A DNA stretch of 64,000 nt from Octopus vulgaris (lineage: Eukaryota): the NCBI GenBank assembly GCA_951406725.2, contig OX597822.1, positions 34,348,001-34,412,000 of the forward strand. The letters run 5' to 3'. The notes under the pieces were generated by a model. The model was given only the letters and a program-made list of their open reading frames with translations. It was not told where the DNA came from and made no database searches. The translations under genes and the position numbers were made by a program. Shown here piece after piece: positions 11,410 through 24,958 of the stretch (positions within the stretch are counted from its first letter, which is position 1; each line of letters opens with the position of its first letter).

Positions 11410-11901
11410 ATACTAGACCACTGGTTTTAAATTGATATTAATCAAATTAATATTTAATTTTTCACCCTTATTATTTTAAATTTAAATTTAAATAGCTATG
11501 TTCTCTAACCGGCAAAATTCCCTGCAAAGAATTATTTTCTGCAGAATTATTTCCGGTAGTTTGGCGCGCCAAAACGAAGACATTTGAAAGGTGACACCAA
11601 GTGTAAATGGTAGAACTGTATACATGTTCACTCTCATGTGGACGTCTCGTGTATAGTTCTGCAAATTATATTTGCAGAGACGATCACACTGATGAGTTGC
11701 CTACAATTACGTAAATTATTACGTAAGCGATAACAGCGAAACCGGGTGTGTGATTATTCTATATTTTGTATCTTTTCATTTGTCTTGCACGATTACGTTC
11801 TGACGTTTGCTAAATTTTCTTGAGAACATTCCTTTCTAAGTGGTATGAACATAGCGGATCTTCTTCTAGCATAATGGATGTCTACCTACAGGTCATCCCT
11901 C
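11410..11901 (+). mobile_element. ~490-bp structured non-coding element with hammerhead-like motif (11683-11754)
   Basis: AUCACA-CUGAUGA-GUUG(long insert containing a UUACGUAA hairpin)CAGC-GAAA-C(CGG)G-UG-UGUGAU, plus several more hairpins. The 3' end GATCTTCTTCTAGCATA...ATCCCT matches the arm of the 3266-3420 palindrome. Confidence 0.6.
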
Positions 11902-11925
11902 TTATATGTATGTAATATATATATA

Positions 11926-12380
11926 CAGTATTCCCTCGACTATCGCGGGTGTTACGTTCCAAAACCTCCCGCGATAGGTGACAATCCGCGAAGTAGAAAC
12001 AGTACTGTATTGTATACATTTTTTAATATTTTTATAATTTGTATATATTTATTTTATTATAAATGCAAAACAATACCACACACTCACCTCCCAAGTTTCG
12101 TTTTCGATACAGTATGTGCGATTCTTTGTTTACTCATCAACGGAACACTACGTATTTTCTTTTAATATATCTTAATTAATGTGTTATACAGTGGAGTACT
12201 GTACTCTATTTTTGTTTTATTTATTTGCTAATTTTTAGGCGTGAAAATGCATATTATATCACAGAAATAATTAAAATCTAAAAAATATCAGTAACTATCG
12301 GCCTCAGAAACACGCGATATACTGAGGAGACCGCGATATAAATTTACATATATTAGCCAGAAAAAAAAACGCGATGTACT
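11926..12380. mobile_element. pogo/Tigger-like non-autonomous DNA transposon, one end intact
   Basis: TA followed by CAGTATTCCCTCGACTATCGCGGGTGTTACGTTCC matches the terminus of the 82-bp MITE at 46208-46289. Confidence 0.65.
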
Positions 12381-13005
12381 CTGTTTTCGTCTACCAAATT
12401 TACTCACGAGGCATTGGCTGGACCGAGGCTGTAGATTGGGACTGAAGCCGAAACCACATAGTTACAAACGAAAAAAATATTAACACAAAATCAAAGTAAC
12501 TATAGACGTGTATATAATTCATTGGCTGTAATGCCAATACATGAATACGGTTTCCGTGACCGTAAAATTAGCCTTTCCATCTACTGAAGTAAATTGTAAA
12601 TGACGATAGGAACTGATTCTGTATATCAGTTTAATCATTTTTAGTTTCCAATGTATATAATAAGCGTCAATATGAAATAAATAAGAGGGAATATTGATTT
12701 TGTTTTGTAAGTAACGAAATCAAAATAACAATACTCAGTAGACATGAATATAATACGTCACCAGAGAAAAATTTCGATCTGGAAATGTATAACAAAAAAC
12801 CTACAAAAAATGGTTGTGATAAACAGCATGAACGGCTGACAGCAGGAAATGTTATTTAAGGTGCTTAGCTATTTGTATGAATATATTCTCCAGCAGACTT
12901 AAATTAAATGTGATTGGAAACATTCGTATCAATGCATCAATGGTAGATATGAGAATTATCTAATATAAATAATAACGTGCGGATAAATTGCCCGAAATAT
13001 TATCT

Positions 13006-13078
<73 letters not shown>

Positions 13079-13170
13079 ATATATGGATTAAATGTTTGTT
13101 GATGTATGTACGTCTATATATATACACACATATATACATACATCAACAAATATCTAATTTATATATGTAC

Positions 13171-13203
<33 letters not shown>

Positions 13204-13204
13204 C

Positions 13205-13347
<143 letters not shown>

Positions 13348-14310
13348 AATAGGATAACATCTATATAAAATTTTATCGAGTAGCCAGTGTGTAAAACCAA
13401 TTAAGGGAAAAAATACAAAGTATATAATTTTTGTCTTTACATATAAAATACCAAGGCTGTTACTGTGCGTAAAAGTCACACGCTCTAATGGAACTCAAAC
13501 TGCTTTAATAATTATACACACGCGCCGAAATAGATTATATAGATTTTATCTCTATATTTTGTTTACAAATATAGAATCGGAATATATTCAGTGCTGAATT
13601 ATTTCGATTATACACAGGTTGCGAGATGAACTAGGCAGAGATCGCTTTAATTAGATATATAAGTTTAAACATTTGGGTATGCTCTGCTGGATGCGTTGTG
13701 TTCATATGGTATGTACAGTTGTTTATATATTTATATTACCCGGTTATATATTAATATTTCCCACTGATGTGTGGAAAACATGGTAATGTACGGTGACCCC
13801 GAAATCATTGATAGTATACGACTAAACCTTTTTTTATTGAAGGAATTTCTCCAAGTTTTCATTCCTTCAATGTCGACGCGTGTGTATATTTATTAAAGTA
13901 GTTTGACTTTAGAGTCCCATTAAAGCGTGTGGCTTTTATGGGCAGTCACAACCCTTGATACTATATTATAGCATATATATATATAACCCACACCCCATCC
14001 TTGTTTTCCCCACTCTCGCCTCCCCCACGTCTAAACACCATCACACCACACCACTACACTTTACTCCACCATACCACACAACACATCACATCACAACACA
14101 CCACCACGCGCACATCAGCACTGACCACTTCCCAGATCCAATTTTCACACCTACACATATACACACGCACACGTTAAGATCACCAGCCTTCTTCCCCATG
14201 CACATACAAACTCTCTTATACACACGCACAAGCACCTTCGCTTTGGGATCACCTCTATTTTATTATCTCCCCTTCTCCCTAGCTCTCCTGTGTGACCCTT
14301 CTATCGGCAT

Positions 14311-14420
14311 TCGTCATGATAGATCCCTAGCCACTACACATTCTTTATTTGCTCTCCTTGTTTCTTTCTGTGTTCCTTTCGAGCGTAGGCTCGAAACGTT
14401 AAAGACTTTTCCACTTCCCG
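14311..14420 (+). mobile_element. Family E repeat, partial, with hammerhead core deleted
   Basis: CGTCATGATAGATC...TTCCTTTC[TGTNGAA missing]GAGCGTAGGCTCGAAACGTTAAAGAC. Confidence 0.75.
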
Positions 14421-14421
14421 A

Positions 14422-14577
14422 TTCTGGGAAGGGGGTATTTTCAAGTTAAAGGAAAGATGGAGACGCATTGTGCAACCAAGTGGTTCACATTTGGTTGATT
14501 AAAAATTTAATGGCAAATATTTATTGACCTTTATCCTTCCTTTAAAAATCGGAACGAACTTTCCGGACAACCCAATA
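14422..14577 (+). mobile_element. Mariner transposase C-terminus and right TIR
   Basis: Translates FWEGGIFKLKERWRRIVQPSGSHLVD* (stop 14500-14502), matching the mariner GI.KL.ERW..V...G.Y end, followed by GAACTTTCCGGACAACCCAATA (TIR plus TA). Confidence 0.85.
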
Positions 14578-15015
14578 ATTTCTCGTTGCATATCGTTGTG
14601 ATTTAATATACTACACTCAAGGGAACTATGCAAAGCAGATATACGATTTAAACATACCGTCAGTCCTTGTCTGCGCCACATACATGTCAGCAGAGCGGAT
14701 GGAAAGGAAAAACAATGTATTTTATCCATCTTTATATGACAATTGAAGTGTAGAGTGAGGAGATTTTCCAGGTCTTCTTCACTCCTTTACTATCTCCGCT
14801 GCTATCTTTTCCCTGGAGCTTTGCTTTCATCTGCTGAAGGATATTTTTAGCTTTACTGAGTAGGAAAGGTACGCTTCTTCAAACATTTGTGGGATTTTTT
14901 CTCTTATGGTATGAATGCTCGATCAGATGGAAACTGTAGCTAAACAATAACAGTATTTATAACAATAACAGTAACAACAATAACGGCACCAGCATCAACA
15001 TCACAACAGAAACTA

Positions 15016-15676
15016 GCGAACTGGCAGAAACGTCAGCACACCGGGTGAAATGCTTAGCGGTATTTCGTCTGCCGGAAAGGCGGCGAGCTGGCAGAATCGT
15101 CAGCACGTCGGGCGAAATGCTTAGCGGTATTTCGTCTGGCGTTACGTTCTGAGTTCAAATCCCGCCGAGGTCGACTTTGCCTTTCATCCTTTCGGGGTCG
15201 ATAAATTAAGTACCAGTTACGCACTGGGGTCGATGTAATCGACTTGGTACCTATGTCTGTCCTTGTTTGTCCCCTCTGTGTTTAGCCCCTTGTGGGTAAT
15301 AAAGAAATAGGTATTTCGTCTGCCGCTACGTTCTGAGTTCAAATTCCGCAGAGGTCGACTTTGCCTTCCATCCTTTCGGGGTCGATAAAATAAGTACCAG
15401 TTACGCACTGTGGTCGATATAATCGACTCAATCCGTTTTTCTGTCCTTGTTTGTCCTCTCTGTGTTTATCCCCTTGTGGGTAGTAAAGAAATAGGTATTT
15501 CGTCTGTCTTTACGTTCTGAGTTCAAATTCCGCCGAGCTCGACTTTACTTTCATTCTTTCGGAGTCGATAAATTAAGTACCAGTTACGCACTGGGGTCGA
15601 TGTAATCGACTTAATTCCTTTGTCTGTCCTTGTTTGTCCCCTTTATGTTTAGCTCCTTGTGGGCAATAAAGAAATA
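15016..15676 (+). mobile_element. Nested/tandem cluster of SINE family B
   Basis: Head 15016-15074, full copy ~15075-15309, headless copies 15310-15493 and 15494-15676. Outer direct repeat AGAAACTA at 15008-15015 and 15677-15684. Confidence 0.88.
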
Positions 15677-16062
15677 AGAAACTAAACCGGTTAATCAATC
15701 AGAACTAATTCCCCAGCCTAGCTGATCACTTTCGGAAAGCTCTATGCGTTAAAACATACATTTCCTCTAATCTATTCCCCGAACCTTTCAGTTATACTTA
15801 AAAAAGAAAAAAATTTGGACGCTAATTTCCACTAATATACTATGTAATAAAACTTTCGGTATTAGTCCTGCTTTTCATGGCACACTGTGTCGAGAAAAAA
15901 TAAGAAAAAAATCTACACTTACGAAAACCTATAATTGCGAACTAGAACGTGCATAATGGCCTACGATGCATAACATACACATATAAATACAGATATATAT
16001 TTATATATGTGTATATGAGTTTGCTTATATATACATACATGCATACATACATACATACATTG

Positions 16063-16537
16063 TGCCCCCCTTCGGTCATGAACGACCATGGCGTTGCACG
16101 TAGAATGTTACCATCCGAGGCACAAGTCTGGGCAAGATTGTTTATGGAAGACCAGCAATTGCACAAGCATACCAGCCTTTCCTCTTCATGCCACCGATGT
16201 TGTCCAAAGGAAAGGCAAAAGCCGATACAGCTTGGCACCAGTGAAGTGCAAGTGACTGAACACTCCACAGACACGTGTACCCTTAACGTAGTTCTCGGGG
16301 AGATTCAGCGTGACACAGAGTGTGACAAAGCTGGCCCTTGGAAATACAGGTACAACAGAAACAGAAAGAGAGTGAGAAAGTTATGGTGAAAGAGTACAGC
16401 AAGGTTCAGGCCACCTGCCGGAGCCTCGTGAAGCTTTATGTGTTTTCGCTCAATAAATATTCACAATGCTCGGTCTGGGAATCTGGGAATCAAAACCGCG
16501 TGTCCGCTTTCCCTAACCACTGGGCCATTGCGCCTCC
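16063..16537 (-). mobile_element. Chimeric SINE: family C 5' part fused to family D 3' part
   Basis: ~16537-16247 matches 17670-17935; ~16246-16063 matches the 3' half of 29147-29478. Confidence 0.8.
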
Positions 16538-16783
16538 ATACATACATACAAACATACACACACACACACGCACACGCACACGCACACACACACACACACA
16601 TACACACACACACACACACACACATACACACACATATAATTAATGGTTTAGCAAAAAGTTGCTTCACTACATACCGAAAATTTACAAATAGCAGCCATAC
16701 CGAAACTACTTGGTAAAATGTATTTATCATTAAATTAATAATTCTTTACTCTATATCTGTAATGTGTATATATACATATACAT

Positions 16784-16822
<39 letters not shown>

Positions 16823-17175
16823 CATATATATACATATATATATATATACATACATACATACATATAATATATGGGTGTGTGTGAATGAGTGTGTAAATCA
16901 TATAATTTCATGTATATGTATGCGTGTATATGTGCGCTCGCGCGCGTGTATGTGTGAAATAAAGACATTGTGTGTGTTCTGTTTAGCAATAATTGGTTTT
17001 AAAATAAGTTTCGTTTTTCAGTTGAGCGTCCAAAAAACATGAAAAAAGTGGAAAAAAATTGTAAATGCTATTACATCGGATAATAGGGAAGGCCTAGTGT
17101 CCATTAATTTTTTTTTTACATACAAGCATATATAAATGCATAAATACATGTATGTTTGCATGTATGTATGTCAGC

Positions 17176-17176
<1 letters not shown>

Positions 17177-17260
<84 letters not shown>
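17177..17260. repeat. (TATC)n microsatellite
   Basis: Read directly. Confidence 0.95.
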
Positions 17261-17261
<1 letters not shown>

Positions 17262-17669
17262 ATGTATGTATATATATATATACATACATACACATATACA
17301 CACATTATATATGTATATGTATGTATGTATATATATTTATGTGTTATTGTAAGTATATGTGTGCCAAAATGATTGAAAAATCAGCAACACTAAAAATTTG
17401 AATCAAAAACGTAAAAATAATCATGAAGCAAAGAAAGAATAATTTACAGTTCACCATTTTATATATATTACAATATGAAATATACGGTAACAAACTGTAA
17501 ACTTGGGTTTTTTAATTTAGTTTTCACTCTTTATTTCTACGTCGTTGTAGATTTTGCGTAGATTTCGCAACCACTGTTAAGTGTCACTCACAATGCTTCA
17601 AATACATTTTAATATCCTAATTATTTTTTATGCATATCACTATTTGATTATTATTATATTCTGTTGGGA

Positions 17670-18010
17670 GAGGCGCAATGGCCCAGTGGTTAGGGCAGCG
17701 GACTCGCGGTCGTTGTGAGTGTTTATTCAGCGAAAACACCTAAAGCTCCACGAGCCTCCGGCAGGGGATGGTGATGATCCCTGCTGTACTCTTTCACCAC
17801 ATCTTTCTCTCACTCTTACTTCCTGTTTCTGTTGTACCTGTTTTTCAAAGGGCCTGCCTTGTCACTCTCTGTGTCACGCTGAATATCCCCGAGAACTACG
17901 TTAAGGGTACGCGTGTCTGTGGAGTGCTCAGCCACACGTTAATTTCACGAGCAGGCTGTTCCGTTGATCGGATCAACCGGAACCCTAGTCGTCATAACCG
18001 ACGGAGTGCT
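17670..18010 (+). mobile_element. tRNA-derived SINE family C
   Basis: GAGGCGCAATGGCCCAGTGGTTAGGGCAGCGGACTC tRNA-like head; body GTCACGCTGAAT..CCCGAGAACTACGTTAAGGGTAC is shared with 16247-16537 and 62288-62560. Confidence 0.85.
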
Positions 18011-18246
18011 TCCCCCCACCCTATATTCTGTTGGACCCCTATAGCCATTCGATGTTTAAAAACTAGTTTTATAGAAACTTCTTTCAAAATTCCTATTTTG
18101 TTTTTCACAAATTGTCGTGGGTAACTTGAACTATGTAAAATGTTAGAGGAAGAAACCTAGGTGTTTCTCGCAATACATACCAATACATACGTCTAAAGCA
18201 AAATTTTTTTCAGGGACTCTTAAAATTCCATTTGAGAACTACTGCC

Positions 18247-18288
<42 letters not shown>

Positions 18289-18663
18289 TCTTGATAATTT
18301 TAGTAACTTCTATGCTGAAGCAGAAACAACCCGTTCTTTGTCTATCTCCTTAACTTCTCGGAGATCTTAGGCATAATTATACTAATGTGTTCATCTGTTC
18401 TAATTTAATTAAATTCTATGTCTTTGTGCAACTGAAGATTGCTCTACATTTTAAATTGATGTAATGAAATGATTGCATTGTTCAATTAAATGGAGTCGCA
18501 TGAAATGATCGTACTGCATTAACTCTGGATATCCTTGTTACATATTTTGATTTATATATATATAAATATATATATATATATTATGTATATATATATTATA
18601 TTATAGCATTATATATATATTTATGTATGTATGTGTATATATGCATATGTATATTCATATGTA

Positions 18664-18834
18664 TGCGGAGGGATGGCTGTGTGGTAAGTAGCTTGCTTCC
18701 CAATCACATATTTTCAGGTTCCCTCCCACGGCGTGGCACCTTGTGCAAGTGACTTCTATTATAGCCTCGGGTCGACCAAAGCCTTGTGAGTGGATTTGTT
18801 AGGCGGAGACTGAAAGAAGACTGTTGTATATACG

Positions 18835-18927
<93 letters not shown>

Positions 18928-19128
18928 GTGCCTGTGTTTGTCCCTCCAGCATCGTTTGCCAACTGATGTTGGTGTGTTTAGGTCTCTGTAACCTAGCGGC
19001 TCAGCAGAAGAGACTGATAGGATAAGTACAAGGCTTACAAAGAATAAGTCCTGGAGTCGATTTGTTCGACTAAACGCGGTGCTCCGGCATGGCTGCAGTC
19101 AAATGACTAAACAAGTAAAAGAATAAAA
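18664..19128 (+). mobile_element. SINE family A, full length
   Basis: Colinear with the reverse complement of 81-493. Confidence 0.88.
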
Positions 19129-19215
19129 TAATGTGCATGTATATGCATACATACATACATACACACATACATACATACATACATACATACATACATACAT
19201 ACATACATACATACA

Positions 19216-19247
<32 letters not shown>

Positions 19248-19483
19248 GTTTGTTTTCAAAGCGTTGAAATGTATTGTAGAACACGTAGAAAGATAAATGT
19301 TATTCAACGCATCAAACGTCCCACGTCTATTGTACAGTTTGTATAGGTGAAGAGGGTTAACCTGGATAGTTTTAAGCTGTCCAGTCTACATACATACATG
19401 CATACACACACAGACACACATATATATGTATGCATGTATGTATGTATGTATATCTATCTATCTATATATATATATATATACAC

Positions 19484-19516
<33 letters not shown>

Positions 19517-19545
19517 TATATATATATATACACATATATATATAC

Positions 19546-19606
<61 letters not shown>

Positions 19607-20209
19607 TTATATATATATATGTGTGTGCATACCCGGGATAATGACACGCAGTTTCTAATACTTAACTATAGAAATTCTGTAAACTTTGATCTTGTGCTAA
19701 ATTCTATGATCAGATATTGGTTCCTTCAAAGACAGGCATATACACCCTCATGTGCTTACACACACACTCATGTATATATACACACGGGTACTCATGCACC
19801 CTTAAATAAATTGAAAATGAATGATTGAGAGAAATAGTGAATTTTTGATGAAGCTTTCAAAATTTTCAAAAGTATTGAGCTGATATGTTGCATTGCCTTC
19901 AAATAACCTCATTAAAAGAAAATATCCTCTATTAGAATACATACATACATAGAAATATATTTATGTATACCAGCTTCTATGCATTGAATATATATGTACA
20001 TATATTCCATACATGCATACATACATAAATACACACACACACATACATACAAACACACGCACACACACAACACACACGCACACACACACACACACACATA
20101 CATACAAACACACGCACACACACATATATATCTATACATACATGCATACATAAATACATACCTAAATACATACATACATAATATGTACGCACACGCAAAC
20201 ACACGCATA

Positions 20210-20256
<47 letters not shown>

Positions 20257-21427
20257 AACTTGGAATATTTGAAGTGACATACATACATGTAAGAAACATC
20301 TAATATTTCCATGCAAATTACATTTCAAGTTGTGCACGGAATAAGAGAAGTTCTTATATCAGCACTGACATTGCTTTCTATTCAACGACATGATGTTTAT
20401 TTAATATAACACACGACGTCTGCCATTTGTTTGCTACACTACCTTAGATAAATATTTTACGCTAAATATAGTTCATCCACAGTTTCTTTCTCAGAACAAC
20501 GAGTCAATTAATCGTTTACAGTAAAGTGGGCTCTATCATAGCTTATACAGTTAAACAAGACATGTAAATACATTACAACAACACGTTGGGAAGAGATAAG
20601 AAACTATTATTCGACAAATAATTAATTCTGGTCAAGAAAGATAGGGGAGACTATCCCAGAATTTAAATTAATTAAAATGACTCAGAGTTGCATTGGGAAT
20701 GTGTTACGTTAATATGTATATATCATGGCTTGAGTTCAACGATATTATTCAGTGTTCGAAATTTAATTTATGAAAAAAAATTTTATAATAGACGAAGGTA
20801 TGAAGGTATGATTAATTATAGGGTATAAAGGTATAATTATTATAGAGCCTCCATTGATCGATGATGACCATGCATCTGAGTACGTATGTGTAGGCTTGGA
20901 TACGACTTTTGTGAAAGACTAGGACTTGTCCGTATATACGTTTTTCTTCTCATTACGCCACCTTTGTTTATCCGCAAGAAAGAGCACGAACGTAAGCCAA
21001 TACAGCATGACACCATTGTCGTTGCAAGCAGAACCAATACAACAAAGTATTTTGCTAAACCCTCTTAGCACTTCTGCCAATCCACCGCGGTTCTGAAAAT
21101 AAAAATGCTAAGTCGATCTTGGTCGAATTTAAATTCAGAGCGTAGTGAGTCGGAACAAATCCTTCTGGACTTTCTAATGAATAGTCTGACGAGTCTAATA
21201 ATTAAAAACTGGATTACTGATTCATTTTAAGACTAATGTATGACGTATCCCGTAATCCGGCAATACAGAATCGTTGCATTAAATGTTGAAAACTTCTTTA
21301 GAGTTAAATATCGGTTTCAAATTTTGACACAAGGCCAGAAATTTCGGAATTTGAACTTAGAACATAAAGATGGACGAAATGCTGCTAAGCATATTGCCCG
21401 GTGTGCTAACGATTCTGCTAGCTCACA

Positions 21428-21481
21428 TTATCATCATCATCATCATCATCATCATCATATCACCATCACCATCACCATCAC

Positions 21482-21548
<67 letters not shown>

Positions 21549-21633
21549 GCCGTCGTCGTCGTTGCTGTTGTTGTTCTTCTTCGTTTTCGCCTTCTTCTTC
21601 TTCTTCTTCTTCTTCTTCTTCTTCTTCTTCTTT
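21428..21633. repeat. Compound (CAT)n/(CTT)n trinucleotide repeat between two divergently oriented SINE B fragments
   Basis: Read directly; SINE B-like sequence on the minus strand at ~21345-21425 and on the plus strand from 21636. Confidence 0.9.
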
Positions 21634-21635
21634 AA

Positions 21636-21775
21636 GGCGACAAGCTGGCAGAATCGTTAGCACGCTGGGTAAAATGCTTAGCAGTCTTTCGCCATTTTTA
21701 CGCTCTAAGTTCAAATTCCGTCAAGGTCGGCTTTGCCTTTCATCCTTTTGGGGTCGATAAAATAAGTACCAGTTG
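21636..21775 (+). mobile_element. SINE family B, 5' part
   Basis: GGCGACAAGCTGGCAGAATCGTTAGCACGC...GGGGTCGATAAAATAAGTACCAGTT. Confidence 0.8.
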
Positions 21776-21921
21776 AACGACTCAGAGTTGCTTTGTTAAG
21801 GTGTTATGTTAGTAAGAATATATCGTGGCTTGTGTTCAACGGGATTGTCCACTGTTGGAAATTTAATTTATGAAAAAATTATAAAAGACGAAGGTTTAGA
21901 TAAGGAAAAGCGAAGTTTTGG

Positions 21922-22335
21922 GACATAATAATTACAGATAAGGAAAAGCGAAGATACTAACTAATTGACCCATCATACCTGTTTGATTCCAGAACCGTAA
22001 ACAAGAAGACAAAAAAAAATACAATCCCTTAAAATTTGGAATAGGAAGAATTTGGAGTATGAGAAGTGTAAAGTTAGTGCCTATAATAATTGCTGCGTTG
22101 AGAATAGTAAGCAAGGATGTAGACAAATGGCTGTAGAGGTTGTTATAGAATGCCCTGAAGAGCTCCTACAGAAAGTTTGTCTCTTAGGAACAGCATGGAT
22201 TATCAGGAGGGTTCTAAGCACTTGAAAGACAGCTGAAAACTTGTGAAAATCTAAGATTACAAGTAGTAACCCACTGCTATATAAATCGTATCAGGAATAA
22301 GACCGAACCTAAGTCACACCAAATAATAATGATAA
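21922..22335 (+). pseudogene. 3' fragment of an R4/Dong-type non-LTR retrotransposon (restriction-like endonuclease domain)
   Basis: Hand translation across stops and frameshifts: DIIITDKEKRRY*LIDPSYLFDSR...KYNPLKFGIGRIWSMRSVKLVPIIIAALRIVSKDVDKWL...CPEELLQKVCLLGTAWIIRRVLST* (stop 22223-22225), followed by a TAA-rich tail near 22321-22335. Confidence 0.8.
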
Positions 22336-23235
22336 CCAGAATCGATCCGAAAATCTAACCACTTCGTGTCAGTCATGAAGTCAATCATTGATGAAAGCTT
22401 CATCCGAATCCATCCAGTGGTTCTTGAGGTATCTTGTCCACGGACAAACAAACAAACAAACACGATTTGCCTTCACTAAAGCGGACGTAATAATATGTTT
22501 GCATGCTTATGCAAGATTAATTTGTATGATTTATCCTTCTTTTACAGTCTTCCCCGCCACCTCTTTGTAAAATCTACTACGCATTTCTGCTCATTTCAAA
22601 TATCGTTTCATAATTATTCTTTACATTGTAGCCATTTCTTTCAGATCTGAAAATATTATTTCTCCTTACTAATTTCCTCTTCCCCACCATATTCGTCTGT
22701 GTAGTTCCGTTATTGTGTTTACGTCTTACTATCCAGACCTCTTTTTGAGTTCTTGCTTGTCCTGCTTCATTTGGCCTCCTTCTCATAACCAACCCTTCCC
22801 ACCAATTTCATTTGATTTAGATCCTGTTACAACTCTGTCATATCTTCCACAAACTACTTTCTTTCCCATTGTACAACATCAATAACATTCACACAAACTT
22901 TCATTCATCTCCCCCGATCTCTTGCTTTGCAACGACTACGCCATGTCACACTTCTGCTTTCATTGACTTCCTCAATAGTAGTTTAGGATATAAACGGCAG
23001 CACTGCTCTATATTTTCTGTCTCTGAAGAAAGGATAGTGTCCGAAATGTTCGTCGAATTTTCTTGCTAACGGCGTAAAATTCATTCGATTATTTTATTTT
23101 ACCCTTACTGTCTTCAAAGCGACAACTGTGATATCGCTGATGAATTATATGTGGAAAAGAAAAGACTGCCACAGGCAGAATATCGTTTAACATAGGGGAA
23201 ACCGATTAAAGCCGAATTGTATTAAAAAAAAACCC

Positions 23236-23791
23236 ATTATCATCATCATTCCTACTATTATGATCATCATTATCATTATCATTATGACTTTTATGATCAT
23301 AATCATCATCATTATCAACATGATGAATATCACCATCATCATCATCATCATCATAATCATCATCATCATCATCGTCGTCGTCGTTTTCTTCGTCTTCATC
23401 ACTATCAGTATGATTATGATCATGATCATCATAATCCTCCTCCTCATCCTCCTCATCCTCCTCATCCTCCTCATCCTCATTATCATCATTATCATCATTA
23501 TCATCATCATCATCATCATCATCGTCGTCGTCGTCGTTTTCTTCGTCTTCATCCCTATCAGTATGATTATGATCATGATCATCATCATCCTCCTCTTCCA
23601 CTCCTTCCTCTTCCTCATCCTTCTCATCCTCATTATCATAATTATCATAATTATCATAATTATCATCATCATCATCATCGTTGTCGTCATTTTCTTCGTC
23701 TTCGTCACTATCAGTATGGTTATGATCATGGTGATCATGATCCTCCTCCTCCTCTCTTCCTTCTTCCTCCTCCTCCTCCTCCTCCTCCTCC

Positions 23792-23826
<35 letters not shown>

Positions 23827-23970
23827 GTCGTCGTCGTCTTCGTCGTTTTCTTCGTCTTCATCACCCTCAGTATGATTTTGATCATGATCATCATGATCCT
23901 CCTCTTCCTATTCCTCCTCCTCCTCCTCCTCCTCCTCCTCATCATCATCATCAACAACGACAACAACAAC
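23236..23970. repeat. Higher-order trinucleotide repeat (ATC/CTC/GTC) with ~153-bp period
   Basis: The anchor TTTTCTTCGTCTTC(A/G)TC...TCAGTATG recurs near 23384, 23537, 23690 and 23846. Confidence 0.9.
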
Positions 23971-24651
23971 AAAAAAAAAACACTCTACGGAGGAAGAAAT
24001 TAATTAAAATATGAAATCAATTAAAGTGGTGTTTATAATGTCTCTCTTGGTAATTTTCCCGGGATTAATTCTAAATTTACAGAAATAATCCTGAATGCAG
24101 ACTCCAGTTATATCTGAATGCGAAATTTACTGTTATAAAATTTATGGGCTATATCAATAGCATATTGTTTAATTAAAAGAGCATATTTGAAATTCTTTTC
24201 TGTCTTCAACGAATTACACTCATCTTGAGACTAAACTTTCATTGCGTAAAGTCGCCGAAAATACTTCGTAACCTATTTAAAATATATTAATTATTTGGTT
24301 GCTATCATCCAGGGGATTCGATGAATATTTCCGAGGTAGTTATGGAATGTAGACAACGAAATCAAGAGTGTCTTGTGTTGACTGTTTATTATGCATGTCA
24401 ACAACATCCTATATAGATTTTGATTCAGAAGTCATAAGTCAGATTTAAATTTTCCAGACGTTTTCAATCGATCAAATCGAAGCAGTAAATTAGTGTTTGT
24501 TTTATTAATCATTTCAATATTGAAAATTACGAGTAGCTTGTGGGCGAGCCATTTCAGCCATTTAAAAAAGCTACAAAAATTCCTATACGAACTTTTTGTT
24601 TATTTCTTAATTTATTATAAGCGTATTTATCTATTTTATAAACATTTATAA

Positions 24652-24702
<51 letters not shown>

Positions 24703-24791
24703 CATATATAAGATATATATGTATGTATATATATGTATATATATGTATACTTACATATATATATATACATATATGTATGTATGCGTGAGTG

Positions 24792-24862
<71 letters not shown>

Positions 24863-24922
24863 AATAATATATTCTCGTATATTCATCTTCCATTTGTTAT
24901 TTCTATATAAATATATAAATGC

Positions 24923-24958
<36 letters not shown>

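Noticed and set aside
15016-15676. CRISPR-like repetition
   Set aside because: Units are ~185-235-bp SINE bodies with no unique spacers, in a eukaryotic context with no cas genes.
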